A stretch of DNA of 63,514 nucleotides, counting the filler, from Collodictyon triciliatum (lineage: Eukaryota), in the NCBI GenBank assembly GCA_043381765.1. It is 7 parts of 7 records of this genome, joined end to end, with 100 filler letters (N's around TTAATTAATTAA, not from the genome) between each part and the next. Parts side by side here need not be neighbours in the genome. Positions count along the whole stretch, not along the records: positions 20,255 to 30,276 come from JBHJMP010002819.1; positions 30,377 to 40,397 come from JBHJMP010002820.1; 5 more parts are not named here. One strand, given 5' to 3'. Below are positions 27,843 through 40,497 of the stretch, piece by piece; position 1 is the first letter of the stretch, and the number at the start of each line of letters is the position of its first letter. The notes under the pieces are model-generated. The model worked only from the letters and a program-made list of their open reading frames with translations. It did no database searches and was not told the DNA's origin. The position numbers were made by a program, and so were the translations under genes.

Positions 27843-29912
27843 ATGACAAGCGAGTCATTGCAAAACAGGCAGCTAATGGCAGATAGTGAATATTATGGTT
27901 TCGATGACATTTTCAATTCTGAGAGAAAACTATTCTACCTTATATTCAAAGATAATCCTAATGCCGCCACATTCTACCGGCCTGCAGACAAGCAAAGAAA
28001 TCTCGAGTATGCAGCATATGGCGAAGACTATTTTCCGCCCGCTGAAAATCAGTCATCCCCACCAAAGCAAAATCCAGTCCACAGCAGCAGAAATCAATAC
28101 CATTACATGACTGTCAATGGGGAATTCTCACACAACGAGGATATCAAGCCAAATATACACGCACAAAATGACCGTGTCGGTTATGAAGAGCATTTTGAAA
28201 ACGAGGCCGCTCCCGCGACGGTGGATAGAGACCATTTTGCTTCACAGGGTGCGGATGCCGAGTTAGATGCAAATGAATCGGCACATAAGCAAAACCCAAA
28301 CAAGAAGCCCTCTACATGGGAACGATTGCAGTTTGGTCTTTCTCATTGGGGAACACTTGACGTACCTTTTGAAATATCAGCAGAGACCTTTCAAGATTGT
28401 ATCCAATTCTCACAACAAGTGAGTAGCTCGCAACTTACATAAGTAGTTTCACTCATGTCCAATGATTCTATTCGCAAATGACATTCTTTTACTATTTGGA
28501 GTAGTTCTTTCGAGTGGGCCCAGTGATTATTTTTTTTTGATTTTGTTACATATTATCCTCTTTATTGGCATCTGGTCTGTATTCGTCTTGTTTTCATTTT
28601 TCAATAGCTTATTGCTGGTGTCATGCAAAAATTCGGACAATTGTGTATTATTCCCGATGATATCTCAATCACCACATTATCCATTTCATACACGAGGGAT
28701 ATACGTAAACTGATACATGGAATAAATTGACATTCATATGTATACTGACACCTTCTGTTCTTTATATTCATCTTATTTGTCTACTTTTGCTCGTCTCAGG
28801 TGAAGCGAAAAGCACCACCATATGACCGAAAAAACTTTCGCTTGCTTTTGGCTGCAGAAATCTTGCAACCAGGATTTGCCAAAGCGAATCCCAAATATTA
28901 CAAGGTGCGTAGTATAATGTTGCCTCATTTGTTATTGATGTATTTTTTTTTTTTTGTATTACCATTATGACTCATCAATACACTTCAAATGTTAAAATTT
29001 CACTGTTGATTTTTCATTTTTATTGTTCAATATAAAAACAAATCATTTTTATTCTCAAAGTAAAGTAATAAATTTTTTCCGTCCTCAAAATCACCATCTC
29101 AAATCTATATTCATACACCACGTACCATCCTATTTCTCTTAATACTATAACTCAAATATTATGTATATTTACTCCCACAGGCTGTAGAGAATGCAAGAGT
29201 CTTAATCAAGTCATCACACGCCCCTTTGAAGCGCCATTCTTCAGCTGACCCTGTAGAGAGATCAGATAGAGGTGATAGATTAGATAGAGCAGACCGAATG
29301 GAAAAAGTAGACAGAGCCGAAAGAGCAGAGACGGCAGACATAGCAGAGACTGCAGAAACTGCAGAGACCGGAGATACGCCCGAGGATGACGACGGGCAAG
29401 AAGGCAATGGCAAGAGCGGCGCCGATTTCATGAAACTTTTTGTCGAGGCGACACACAGGAATCAGAGGACCAGCCGCCCAAGGATAATGACGCCACGGGT
29501 GATGAGTTAATTCCTTTCACAATCAATCGGAATCCCTCGGTATCACTTAATTTATCAACCTACACTCAAGTCATTGGGGTGTATTGGAGCTAATATATAT
29601 GTGCGGATGATTCACTCGATATTCACTCACTGCAATTCTTGTATTTTCGACATATTCAGAAACCGCCGAGGCCTGGTACGCATGAATAAAATAAAATAAA
29701 ATAAAATAAAATAAAATAAAATAAAATAAAATAAATACACATACTCAAATTCACCCCATTACACATACTTATCTATTTCTTCGTAACTGACGTCCGATAT
29801 AGCAGGGAATTCATCGCCGACACAGGAGGAAAGGAACAAGCCAGTGACTCGGTCGGTGGCGATGGCGCTATTAACAGGACAAACATCTTCTAGACAAACC
29901 GCAAATCCGTAA
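27843..29912 (+). CDS. Multi-exon hydrophilic protein of unknown function
   Basis: A ~190-codon first exon, then GT-AG exons (VKRKAPPYDRKNFRLLLAAEIL...; one with DRA/ETA tripeptide repeats). The end is approximate. Confidence 0.55.
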
Positions 29913-30186
29913 CGTGCTCCCTCATGGAGATACTGAAGGCCTCTTTCACCTTTCCCTCCCAACCACCTTCCCTTTCATCCCCTTCTCTTTTTAATTCCTA
30001 TTCCCATTTTCCTTTTTTTTTTTTTTAGCTGCCCTTCACTCCCAATCCGCGTCCCTCTGCCATCTCCCACTCAATGACTGTTTCATTCTCCCACACCCGC
30101 TCGGCCATCACTGGCTCCACCTAAAATGAAAAGAAGACAATATCAAACTATGTTTCCCCTCCTCTCCTCCCTCCCTTCCTTCTTCC

Positions 30187-30245
<59 letters not shown>

Positions 30246-30276
30246 TCTTCCTCTTTCCTTCCCTATCTCCCTCCCC

Positions 30277-30376
30277 NNNNNNNNNNNNNNNNNNNNNNNN
30301 NNNNNNNNNNNNNNNNNNNNTTAATTAATTAANNNNNNNNNNNNNNNNNNNNNNNNNNNNNNNNNNNNNNNNNNNN
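30277..30376. other. Artificial scaffold-joining spacer
   Basis: N44-TTAATTAATTAA-N44. Confidence 0.95.
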
Positions 30377-31099
30377 AACAAACAAACAAACAAACAAACA
30401 AACAAACAAACAAACAAACAAACAAACAAACAAACAAACAAACAAACAAACAAACAAACAAACAAACAAAGGAAATATTCGTCGTAGTTCAACCCAGCGA
30501 CTGAGTAAAATGATACGAAATACAAGAAAGACAGGGAGCGTGCGCCATCCCCCTGAGTCGGCTGCTGCTCTGCCCTTGCGGTTGCTTCATCTACTTCGAC
30601 ACCCTGACCCACCCATCGAAACAACGGCACAGGATATTGAGTCGGGTCGCTCAGACATCAACACGTTCTGCCACAAATCATAGAAACCACGCGAAATTAC
30701 ATCAGAAAAAAATCAGCGGCACTTCGATTCCAGAAGTAGATAAAAGTCGTTTGTCATGGTGGTAGAGGAGGCCAAGCGGAATGATGGAGATGTAGCTCGC
30801 ACAAAAAGGTAGTGCTATCTTATATCCAATAGAATTCCTTTTTATATCAAAAGCAGGAAGCTGTTTAACGAGATTAATATGTATCGATTATTAAAAATAT
30901 CAATATTTTTGATTTCTGGATTTTTTTTACCAAAGATTTAAAAGAAATATCAATATCAATATCAATATCAATATCAATATCAATATCAATATCAATATCA
31001 ATATCAATATCAATATCAATATCAGAATCAATATCAATATCAAAATCAGAATCAGAATCAAAATCAAAATCAACACATTTGAAATGACATTCTGATTTA

Positions 31100-33048
31100 T
31101 CACTTCGACGCTTGGGCTTGCTTCTTTTTTTCCAGCTCCTCCAATGCGATTTCCCATTCCGAAGTTGTGAGAACAGGGTCAATAGCATTTGAATGTGCAA
31201 AAGCCTGTTTTGTTGATTATTATTATTATTACAGATGCACATGATTTATTGCACATAATGGAAATGGTTTTGGCGAAACCCAGATGCAAATAATATTTGA
31301 ATAGGTAGGGCCATCACGAGAATTTGTACTTGTGTTCTTTCCAGGCAAGTTCCACACTTGAGACACGGTCTTTCCTTTCCATCGTAGCAACTCCAGGTCA
31401 AATCCAAAGGAGCCTTCAACTTAATCCCTGGAGATATGGAGCAAAGAGAAAAGAAAAGTATCGATATTTGTGTCGATAGTTACATTTTGAGTGCATTAAA
31501 AATGAAGAGCGATACCATAGAATTTCTTCCAAACACTGACGCTTCATATATTTTGTCTGTTTGTTCAATCTGTTAGGGTGCTATAAAAATGTAACCTTCA
31601 GTAATTATTTGGGTCTTTGTCATATGCTGGAATGGAGCGACAAGTGAAACCGGAGTCCATGCGTTGCCACTCTCCAATGCAGCATTCAGCTTTGAAATAA
31701 AATCGGGTCTGCAATCAGGATACACGTTGAAGTCACTCGCGTGAGCCGCATATGCGATGTATCGAGCAGCTGAAGGAAAATGTTTAGTCCTTTATGTAAA
31801 ATGATATTAAAATAATATCCATCCATACAAAAAAAAAAGACGCATCAACCCACTCGTATATATAAATGTGTGGTTGACTCACACAGAGTTACAGCTCGAC
31901 CAGCCGCAATGCTGAGAAATATCATGTTTCTATTGGGTACTACAGTGACTTTCTGAGTCTCTGTTGTATAAACAGCCTACGAATTAATGAGCACATAAGA
32001 ATTACAAAATTTGATGTCATTGTATATTTTTCTCATTTTAATAAAAAAAAATGAAAAAAGATAAAAAGAGAGATAGACAGTTATGAAACTCTACTAACTA
32101 CTTGTCTGGCTGAGAAACAAAATTAAAATATTGTAATAAAACTATGGCTGCCTCTGACCTAAATGGTGGATTAAAAATTACCTTAGGCAGCTCTGCTTCC
32201 CCGGTAAGAGCTCCACTACTTATCAGCCTCCCAATATTGGTCATATCAACAAGGTTATGTTGAATATCTGGAAAGTTAGTCATTCAGTGAATCATTTATT
32301 AAAATTTTTTTTTTAAAAAAAAGGGATCGAAAAGATGGTTTCTTTATGATAAAAAGAGTACACCATGTAAGAAAAGACAAACAAGCAACTTACTTTTTTC
32401 AAAATCTTTGTTAAAGCGTTTCACTACTGCCCGTGCGTTGTCAATCTCCTTTAAGTGGCGTTGTCCATAATTAAAAGACATGGCTTCCACTATATCAAAA
32501 CTATGCAGCAACACGAGGAAAGATTATAAGGCACATATTCTTCATTATGGCGCTCTTATTTTTTGGATGATATTTCGGAATAAATGATCAGAAAGAAAGA
32601 AAATAATATCCCGCTTTGCTGATGTCTAAACCAAGAGATAAGAATTCATTCAAGGTATTATATTCTACCCGTTGTTTTGCAGGTGCCATAGCATAACAGT
32701 GCTGTCTGCACCTCCACTGACGACAGCAACAGCCTGTATTCGATTGGTAGTTAGGTGGAGAATAGGCGATAAGTAGAAAGAAAGAGTAAAAGGGGAAAAA
32801 AGGAAGGGAAAAAAAGGAAAGAGAAGAAAAAAGAAGAAAAAAAGAAGAAAAAAAGAAGAAAAAAAGAAGAAAAAAAGAAGAAAAAAAGAAGAAAAAAAGA
32901 AGAAAAAAAGAAGAAAAGAAGAAGAAAGAAGAAAAGAAATAGGGCTCATAAGATTAAATAAAGAAAATAACTTAACCGGAATGGGCTTGGCTGAAGAGAA
33001 AAAGCGACTGGCGATGTAGCGCGAGAGAGATCGGCCAACAGAAAGCAT
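31100..33048 (-). CDS. queC: 7-cyano-7-deazaguanine (preQ0) synthase, 8 exons, 266 aa, with a mitochondrial-type presequence
   Basis: Exons 33048-32977, 32733-32669, 32500-32394, 32267-32182, 31976-31883, 31769-31596, 31427-31330 and 31204-31100 splice in frame via GT-AG (801 nt). Motifs: SGGADS (PP-loop), [54 protein letters not shown] (Zn site), ER..AF...IDP. Confidence 0.92.
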
Positions 33049-33381
33049 TTTTATCTTCTTTTTTTTTTTTCTTTTTTTTTTCTCCGTATTGAAAGCATAT
33101 GAGTAAGACATAAATCACTTTGAAAAGGTCAGATTTCTCATCCAAATATATTGCCTTAGCAAAAGCAAACACAAAGATGAACACAAACACATACAGAATT
33201 ATGAAAAACTCCACGACATAACGCCACGAGGTCCTCTTTGAAGCCCAGAGGCTTTGCATGAATGGTTCCTCTGCACGTGATCCTGGTCAAAGTCACTCCT
33301 CCATCGCCCCGACTGCTTGTTTCTTATGATAACATCAGATTAGGAGGTAGAAGGAAGAAAAGGAGACACGAGAGAAGCAAT
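33049..33381. promoter_or_regulatory. Probable bidirectional promoter region between queC and the G-patch gene
   Basis: Only 333 bp separate the two divergent ATGs. Confidence 0.5.
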
Positions 33382-35523
33382 ATGAATCCGACTTCGATGG
33401 AAGAATATGCCCGAAGGAAGCGCGACACCGTATGTTTATTAGCTTCGCCGTTGGGCCCAAAACAACTCGATCCTTCGTCCCGCAGAGACTTGTGCTTGAT
33501 AAAAGGAGAACCTCTCTCAGGCAACTGCCCACTGCTGAATATAAGCTTGAGCGTGAGCCAAAACACTCTTATGTCTATAGTACTATACGATGGTTCACAA
33601 ACTGGGGGGCAAGGCCAACGACTCGGAGGAAAATAGTGAGGAAGAAGACTCTGGGCACCTTGAAGACTTTGGCGACGATCGGGCTCTTGAGGCAACCGAA
33701 TTTATGCGCAAGAAAGAAGAGGCGGAAGAGGCGGAACATCAGGAGAAAGAGGCTGAAAGAGCGAGCCTGGATAAAAGTATATCGGAAGAAAACAAAGGGT
33801 ACAAAATGCTGTTGAAAATGGGTTGGAAACAAAACACTGGACTGGGGAAAGAAGGGCTTGGTGTGTTTCTTCCTTCTACTGCCTTTTCCTTTTGATTGCC
33901 ATTTAATTTTTTATATGCCTAAAATATTTGTTCATTTTTTTATTCTCTTTCGGGATTTTCGCTTTCATACATATTATTGTTTCTAATCATGTAGTAACAT
34001 CCTTATTGATTGAACTGACGTTTTTACTTTTATTATTGCTATTGTTATTGTTATTGTTATTGTTATTGTTATTGTTATTGTTATTGTTATTGTTATTGTT
34101 ATTGTTATTGTTATTATAACTCCCATTCTTATTTAGATTGGTTTTTAACGACTTTCTATATCTGTCGTGTGAACACTTAATTGTTTATAAATGTATGTAA
34201 TCCATTGTAGGCATAGCCGAGCCGATTAGAGTAGATACTAAAGTTGACCGTATGGGTCTTGGACGGTTCGAGTATGAGCGAAAGTATGTGGACCCTGAAA
34301 ACATTAAACGGTGCACACTTTTATCGGAACTACCCGAAGACCACGAATTAGTTGTTCAACAATCGGTATATTTACTTATATATATTTTTTTAAAAAAAAG
34401 TTTATTGTGTTAGTTGTTTTTGCAAATAAATAAATATTTGCCCTTCTTCCTTTCTGAATATAATCGCGTTTTTTTAAAAATAAATCATGAATGCTCACGC
34501 ATCTTTTGTTTTTAATACATTCCTCCTTTTATGAATTTTTTCCTACTACTCACGACGCGTGTTCATCATTAGTTGAAAAGAGAGAAAGAGGAAGAGTTGA
34601 AAAAGGTTATTCTGGAAAATACTCGACCTTTTTACTGTGAGTTATGCGACCGGCAATATCGAAATGCGATTGAAATAGGCACGCATCTCTCCTCCCATGA
34701 GCACAACCATAAAAAGGTTCCTTTTGAATTTCATATTGTTAACTACTTTGCTTGCAGCGTAAAAAAAAAAACTGATTGTATTTTGTCCGCCAGAGATTTC
34801 TGGAGATGAAAAATCTGCAAAATCAAAAGAAAACACAAGAAATGAAGAAAAAAGAACAACTGAATGAAGAAAGGGAAATAAAACGACTTAATAAGCTCGC
34901 TAAGGCGTACAAAGAAAAGGAGACTGAGAGAGAAACTGTGACGGAGACGTATTCTTTTATAGCAATAATTTGCTCACTTTCATATTTTATGTATTCTTTC
35001 ATAAAATTTTGAATGTCATAATCAATCATCAGTATGAACATCAATTTAAATGTTATATTATAACAATAAGCACCATTTCGATCAACACCAAATCACACAT
35101 TTTGACCCACATTTACGCGACTTAGCTCAAGTGAACCCTCAGCGCCTCAATCTAATCCTGAAGAGGCTACAAAACCATTGGCTCCTATCAAATTTGCGAT
35201 TGGACTTAAATCAGCTGTAAGTGGGCTTTGATACTATGGCGCACCACATTTTTGCATTTGCAAAATGTGATCCACCAGAAAGACGGAAAAAAACCTATTC
35301 TTTGTTCCTCTATATTATGAAAGGATGTATTTTTTTTATTCTACTTGAGCAATAACAGTCTCAAATAAAATATAGAACTGTTTTCTCTTCCATCCTTTCT
35401 ATCACAATACTTGCTACTTGATTATTTTTTTAGACCCAAGCTACTAGTACAATCAAACCGAAGCAAACGGGAGAATCTGCCAGCAAAAAGCCTAAATTTT
35501 CCTTTGATGATGACGATGAATAG
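33382..35523 (+). CDS. G-patch + C2H2 zinc-finger protein (GPATCH8-like)
   Basis: ISEENKGYKMLLKMGWKQNTGLGKEGL/GIAEPI...MGLG (G-patch) and FYCELCDRQY...HLSSHEHNHKK (zinc finger); multi-exon, ends DDDDE*. Confidence 0.85.
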
Positions 35524-36241
35524 ATAAATCATAAGGAAACATTACGCCTACTCACAAACCATCCGCACATTCACCACATTCGGCTTCATATTCTATACAT
35601 CCCTCATTATATTATCCAAAATTGGTTTATTTATATGGCGGATAGATTTGTAGGAAATGTCTGATTACTTCTGAACTTGTAATTTATTTTTATTTTATTT
35701 TATTTTTTGTAATTAATCACTGCGGTGCGTTTCAGGGTGAACCCTTCTGAGACCTCTCCTGTATGGCGTAGCGCATAGATTTCGCAATGTATTTTGCGTA
35801 TGAATTAAAAAAATCACAGGGATACATATGATGGCAAAACAGCATTATGGTTATCATTTCTTTATAAAAGAAAAAGTGGGAATACCATCTCTGCGGGGCT
35901 GGTGTGGTAAAACTAGAAAGTTTTGCCTCTCCACCACACGCCACCAAAGAACATATTGTATGTATTGTACCATACAAGAATTTACAAATAATTGTACGTT
36001 TAATTAATATATGGAAGGGATTACGCCAATCTATGTATCTTTGCCTTCATCAGATTAAAACACGCCAATCGATTCATAAAATAGAGAATTGATTTAAATT
36101 CCGCATATGGATTTTATCTCTAGTTTAATAGCATCCTGCCGATCCATTACCGAAAACCCCGAAATCTCTTCGCTTCACACTCCCCGCCCGCAAGTTCAGT
36201 CGCCCAGGCCGGCACATCCAACATCACAACACAGAAGCACA

Positions 36242-37096
36242 ATGGTAAGCCTCCCGACGCGACCACCTGACACGCACGACAGAAGACTACACCATTTTTG
36301 GCATCGCTGGCCAGTAATCATAATTGTCTCTGGTGGATTGAAATTCAGATTGTCCGTGTGGTATCGATACCATAACCTGGCAAACCACCCATCACGCCGG
36401 TTGCCCGAAACCTCACCAATCAATGATAACCCAACACTCTTCATAAAATACATAGTTCTTTCAGAGGGCCGTTTAGCTCTCCAATTTTATGATCACGCTT
36501 CCTTCCTCGCGTTGACCTAATCCCACCCCTTCTGCTGCGGCCAAACAGTCCTGGAATTACTTTCACTGTTACCTGTTCACTGATCAGATCTCCCCCTTCA
36601 CGAAAAGGTCAAGCGCACCAAGAAGGTCGGAATCGTCGGAAAGTATGGTACTCGTTATGGTGCCTCCCTCCGTAAGCAAGTCAAAAAGATGGAAGTGACC
36701 CAGCACGCCCGCTACACCTGCCAGTTCTGCGGAAAGGTATCTCTCTCTAGCCCCCACGTCCCAGCACATTGATCCTGAAAGCCCTGCGATGCAGAATACG
36801 GACAATCTCTTAACCGCACATCCACCTCTAGGATGCTGTCCGCCGTGTTGCCGTCGGTATCTGGAAATGCCGCGGCTGCCAGAAGGTCACTGCTGGCGGT
36901 GCCTGGTTGGTCGAGTAAGTCACTCCCACTTATTTTCCTTTTCTCCGTGCGACGGGTGGCTGAATACCTGTTCCCCCATTCGTAGCTCCCCCTTCCTTCA
37001 AATCTTGTAGTAACGGAACCCCTTCCCTGTAGAACCTCCGCCGCCGCCACTGTCCGCAGCACCATCCGCCGCCTCCGCGAATCCCAAGACGTATAA
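36242..37096 (+). CDS. RPL37A: 60S ribosomal protein eL43 (L37a), 4 coding exons
   Basis: ATG|GT, then [43 protein letters not shown] / [25 protein letters not shown] / ...STIRRLRE. Confidence 0.95.
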
Positions 37097-37313
37097 ATCC
37101 GTTGTTGTAGCAACTTCCCCTGAAACCACCATTCCGTCCCATTCGCCTTCGCCACCCACACTTCCCCCGCATAGAACTACCTGAAGTATGACAGGGAAGT
37201 ACCGTAGCTGGCCTGGTCCACGACGCGCTCGTGTCTGTTTTTACTAGACAAACAGTCTACACCACGGCCCTTGGGCTCTGCGTCCCCCTGTCGGTATTTA
37301 TTCGGCTGAAAGC

Positions 37314-40212
37314 CTAGAGACGGGAGCGGAACGCGGCAGGGTTATCAGCGCGGATCATATCTGCGGCCTTCTCAGCGACCATCATGACGGGCGCGTTTGT
37401 GCTTCCGGACGGGACAAAGGGCATGACGCTGCAGTCGGCCACACGGAGGTTCCTGAAGCCCTTGACTCTCAGCCGAGGATCCACAACGCAGGTCGGGTCG
37501 CTTGGGGCGCCCATTTTGCAGGTCCCGACCGGATGGTAGATGGTGACGGCCTTGCTTCGGATCAGATGCTCGATGTATTCCTGCATCATTCACGCGTGCG
37601 TGTGTGCGAGTGGGCAGATTTAGGAACGAGTTTTGTTGTCATTCTCGTGGCTGTATCTGAGTCTGTCAGTCGTGTCTGTGATGGAACGTGAAATGCATGT
37701 CGAGGGTCATTAAGAGGCGCCAATGGGCGGGAGATTACGTCGCTGTCCGGGTTGCTGGCGTATGGGGATGTCTGGTCGATGATTTCGCTTCCTCTGATCT
37801 CGTCCATGGCCGGCTGCTTGATCACCTGCCGCGCCATCTTGACTCCTTGGATCATCACGTCGATGTCTTGGCGGCGCTGGAAGTAGTTTGGCTCGATGAC
37901 GCAGTGCTCAAAAGGAGATGCAGAGCGAAGCGTGATTCTGGGTGTGTGTATGTGATTTTGTGTGTGATTTTGTGTGTGATTTTGTGTGTGATTATGTGTG
38001 TGATTATGTGTGTGATTATGTGCGTGATTTTGTGTGTGATTTTGTCAAGGCAAGAAGTGGGATGAGAGCGCGTACGATCCGACGCTCTTTGGATGAAGAA
38101 GGGCAGTCATGATAGTAAACATGGACTTTGGAAGATTGTCCACATCGGCGTCGATCTCCATGTTTTCTTTGACTTTTGCATTGCCGCCTGCGCTCACAAA
38201 GTGGAATTGAAGGTCGGGCATCTGCAATGGTACAAGGAAGTGCGAGAGGTCGTTACATACGTATTTCATCTAGTAAAGTAATCTTACAGGCAGTGCTGAG
38301 ATGGTTGCACATATATAATAAGAAGAAAAAAATAAAGTGATTTCTACTAGTGTTTCCTTCCTTTTCAGATATATATATTGAGGCAGGGTAAATGAATCGT
38401 GTGTGGAGTAATAAAATGTGTATATGTATGCATAATGTAATAAAATTAAACGGGAAGATATGTAACAAATATATCTACATCTAGATAAGGCTTGGTCTTG
38501 TGGAATATCATGGCTTCTAGAATCTAATGTTTTATGGAATACATAGGATTTCCCGTCAATCAAAATGGAATTAAATCCTATTCCTGACACAACTGATTGG
38601 TTGATTAAGAATACATATTGCTAAAGTCATACCTGCGATGAAAGGGGGCCACGGCCGAATAATGCGTACTGGGTGTTGATACTTCAAATTAGTTTGGAGA
38701 TGAAAAATATATGCAACAGATCTTGAAATTTCTCGAGAGCAAATTAAAAAGTTACATTCATCACCGTAGGCAGCACGTTAGTAGGAGACAAAATGACTTT
38801 CTCATCTAAGCTCACAGGTTTGAGGCACTCATAGGAGACACCCACAAACAAGTGGTCCTGATTATTTAAGGCAAAGTGTTTGCAACAAGCAAGTAAAAGT
38901 TCAGTATCGATAGCGGCAATAAGTAGTTAATGGGACACAATCCTTTATGGATATATAATTATGGTGCACTCTTTTGCCTATAGTTGAAATGAAACAAAAT
39001 TGGATTACAACATTTTGTGTTCATTTTTTAAGTAGGACTTTGATTTTAGAACCTGTAGATTCTTGCCGGTGGGTAAATCGGCGATACATTTGATTCCAAC
39101 ACGACTGAGCTCTTCCTTGGGTCCTACGCCAGAAAGCATCAACAGGTGAGGAGTCCCTATTATTGATAGCCATGTATGTGTTAGAATTAAACTGCCTAGA
39201 GCGTAAATTATGGATATGGAAAAGAAAAGAAGAGGTACTTCTGAGAGAATCAAATATGGGAAGGCTGAATGCTTGAGCTAAAGTTTTAGGAAACACTATA
39301 TACTAAAGACAGACCAATTGCACCGCAACACAGAATTACTTCCCGACGGGCTTTGACAATACTCAGCGGTCCAAACTTTCATAGTTTTTATAAATCAAAC
39401 GAACACATAAAGTCTTGAATGTTGGATACTTGACACAACAGAAAAGAAACGAATGCCTTTTTGTATTACCTCAAGGCCAGGGGGCTTTCCATCTTGCTTA
39501 TTCCATTCTGGCTTACTCCGCAGGAATTCTACACCAGTTGCAACATCGCCATCAAATAAAACTCTTGTTGCCTAGTCAGGGTTGTATTGTCCATTGATAC
39601 TTTGCTATCTCAAGATAATTTACACGCGTTATGTTGTTCAATCTTATGATAGAGACAGAAGTTTGTCCACAGGCTTCAATGGTTGATGCAAATCGAATAA
39701 AAAATATAAATCATTGAAAATTGAGAGGGAAATCGTGGATTGATTGATTGATTTTTTGATTGATTTTTTGCTTTTTTGTCTTTGTTTTCTAAAGAAAAAA
39801 AAGCAAACTTGAGCACATGCAGCGACAGTGAGGTTTTTTCGTCCCATAATAGGGTGGATGAAAGAGTGAGCAGTACTTTGTCTTTGTCCTTTGTGAATGG
39901 ATACCTAGACAGACTAATTATTTCATGCACAGCACTATGAAGAGGATAATCTCGAAAAGAATATTATCCCAAACATGTCTGGAATAAATTACATTGAAAC
40001 ACTCTCTTACAACTATATTGATTAGATTTTATCAAAAAGAAAGTGTATATTATTATTTATTATTATTTGGAACAGGTGTGCGAAAATAAAATCAATATAG
40101 AAATACCATTTAGTTTGAGAATGGGTATTAACGTTTACTAACCTGAGAATAGCAAACACCGTAGATATTGTCACCATTGAAATCAGGGTTAAAAGGGATT
40201 CCGTATTCCCTG
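37314..40212 (-). CDS. GMC oxidoreductase (choline dehydrogenase-like), 5'-truncated, ending in -SRL
   Basis: ARREVILCCGAI/GTPHLLMLSGVGP, GKNLQ/DHL, PDLQFHF, LLHPKSVG, YHPVGTCKMG, VVDPRLRVKGFRNLRVADCSVMP, STNAPVMMVAEKAADMI. Confidence 0.9.
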
Positions 40213-40268
40213 AGATTTTTTTTTGGAGTGATAAAGACTTTCTTCAGAGGATGTTTTTCTTTCCAAAA

Positions 40269-40299
<31 letters not shown>

Positions 40300-40397
40300 A
40301 CGGAGAGAAAACATGAATGGAGTGAAAAAATTTCACACAATTCAAGGTTATTGTAATCGATTTTTTTTTCTAATAATACGGCCATTTCACGCTACGT

Positions 40398-40497
40398 NNN
40401 NNNNNNNNNNNNNNNNNNNNNNNNNNNNNNNNNNNNNNNNNTTAATTAATTAANNNNNNNNNNNNNNNNNNNNNNNNNNNNNNNNNNNNNNNNNNNN
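40398..40497. other. Artificial scaffold-joining spacer
   Basis: N44-TTAATTAATTAA-N44. Confidence 0.95.

Noticed and set aside
30470-30830. Possible terminal exon at the scaffold start
   Set aside because: No frame or family could be assigned with confidence.
31100-33048. queC as bacterial contamination or part of a Dpd/QatABCD defence island
   Set aside because: It has seven spliceosomal introns and eukaryotic neighbours, and no dpd or qat partner genes are on the scaffold.
36245-36608. Possible snoRNA in RPL37A intron 1 (hairpin tgtggtatcgataccata; ATGATAA and CTGA motifs)
   Set aside because: I could not find a convincing box C/D or H/ACA arrangement or an rRNA guide by eye. An Infernal or snoscan search would be needed.
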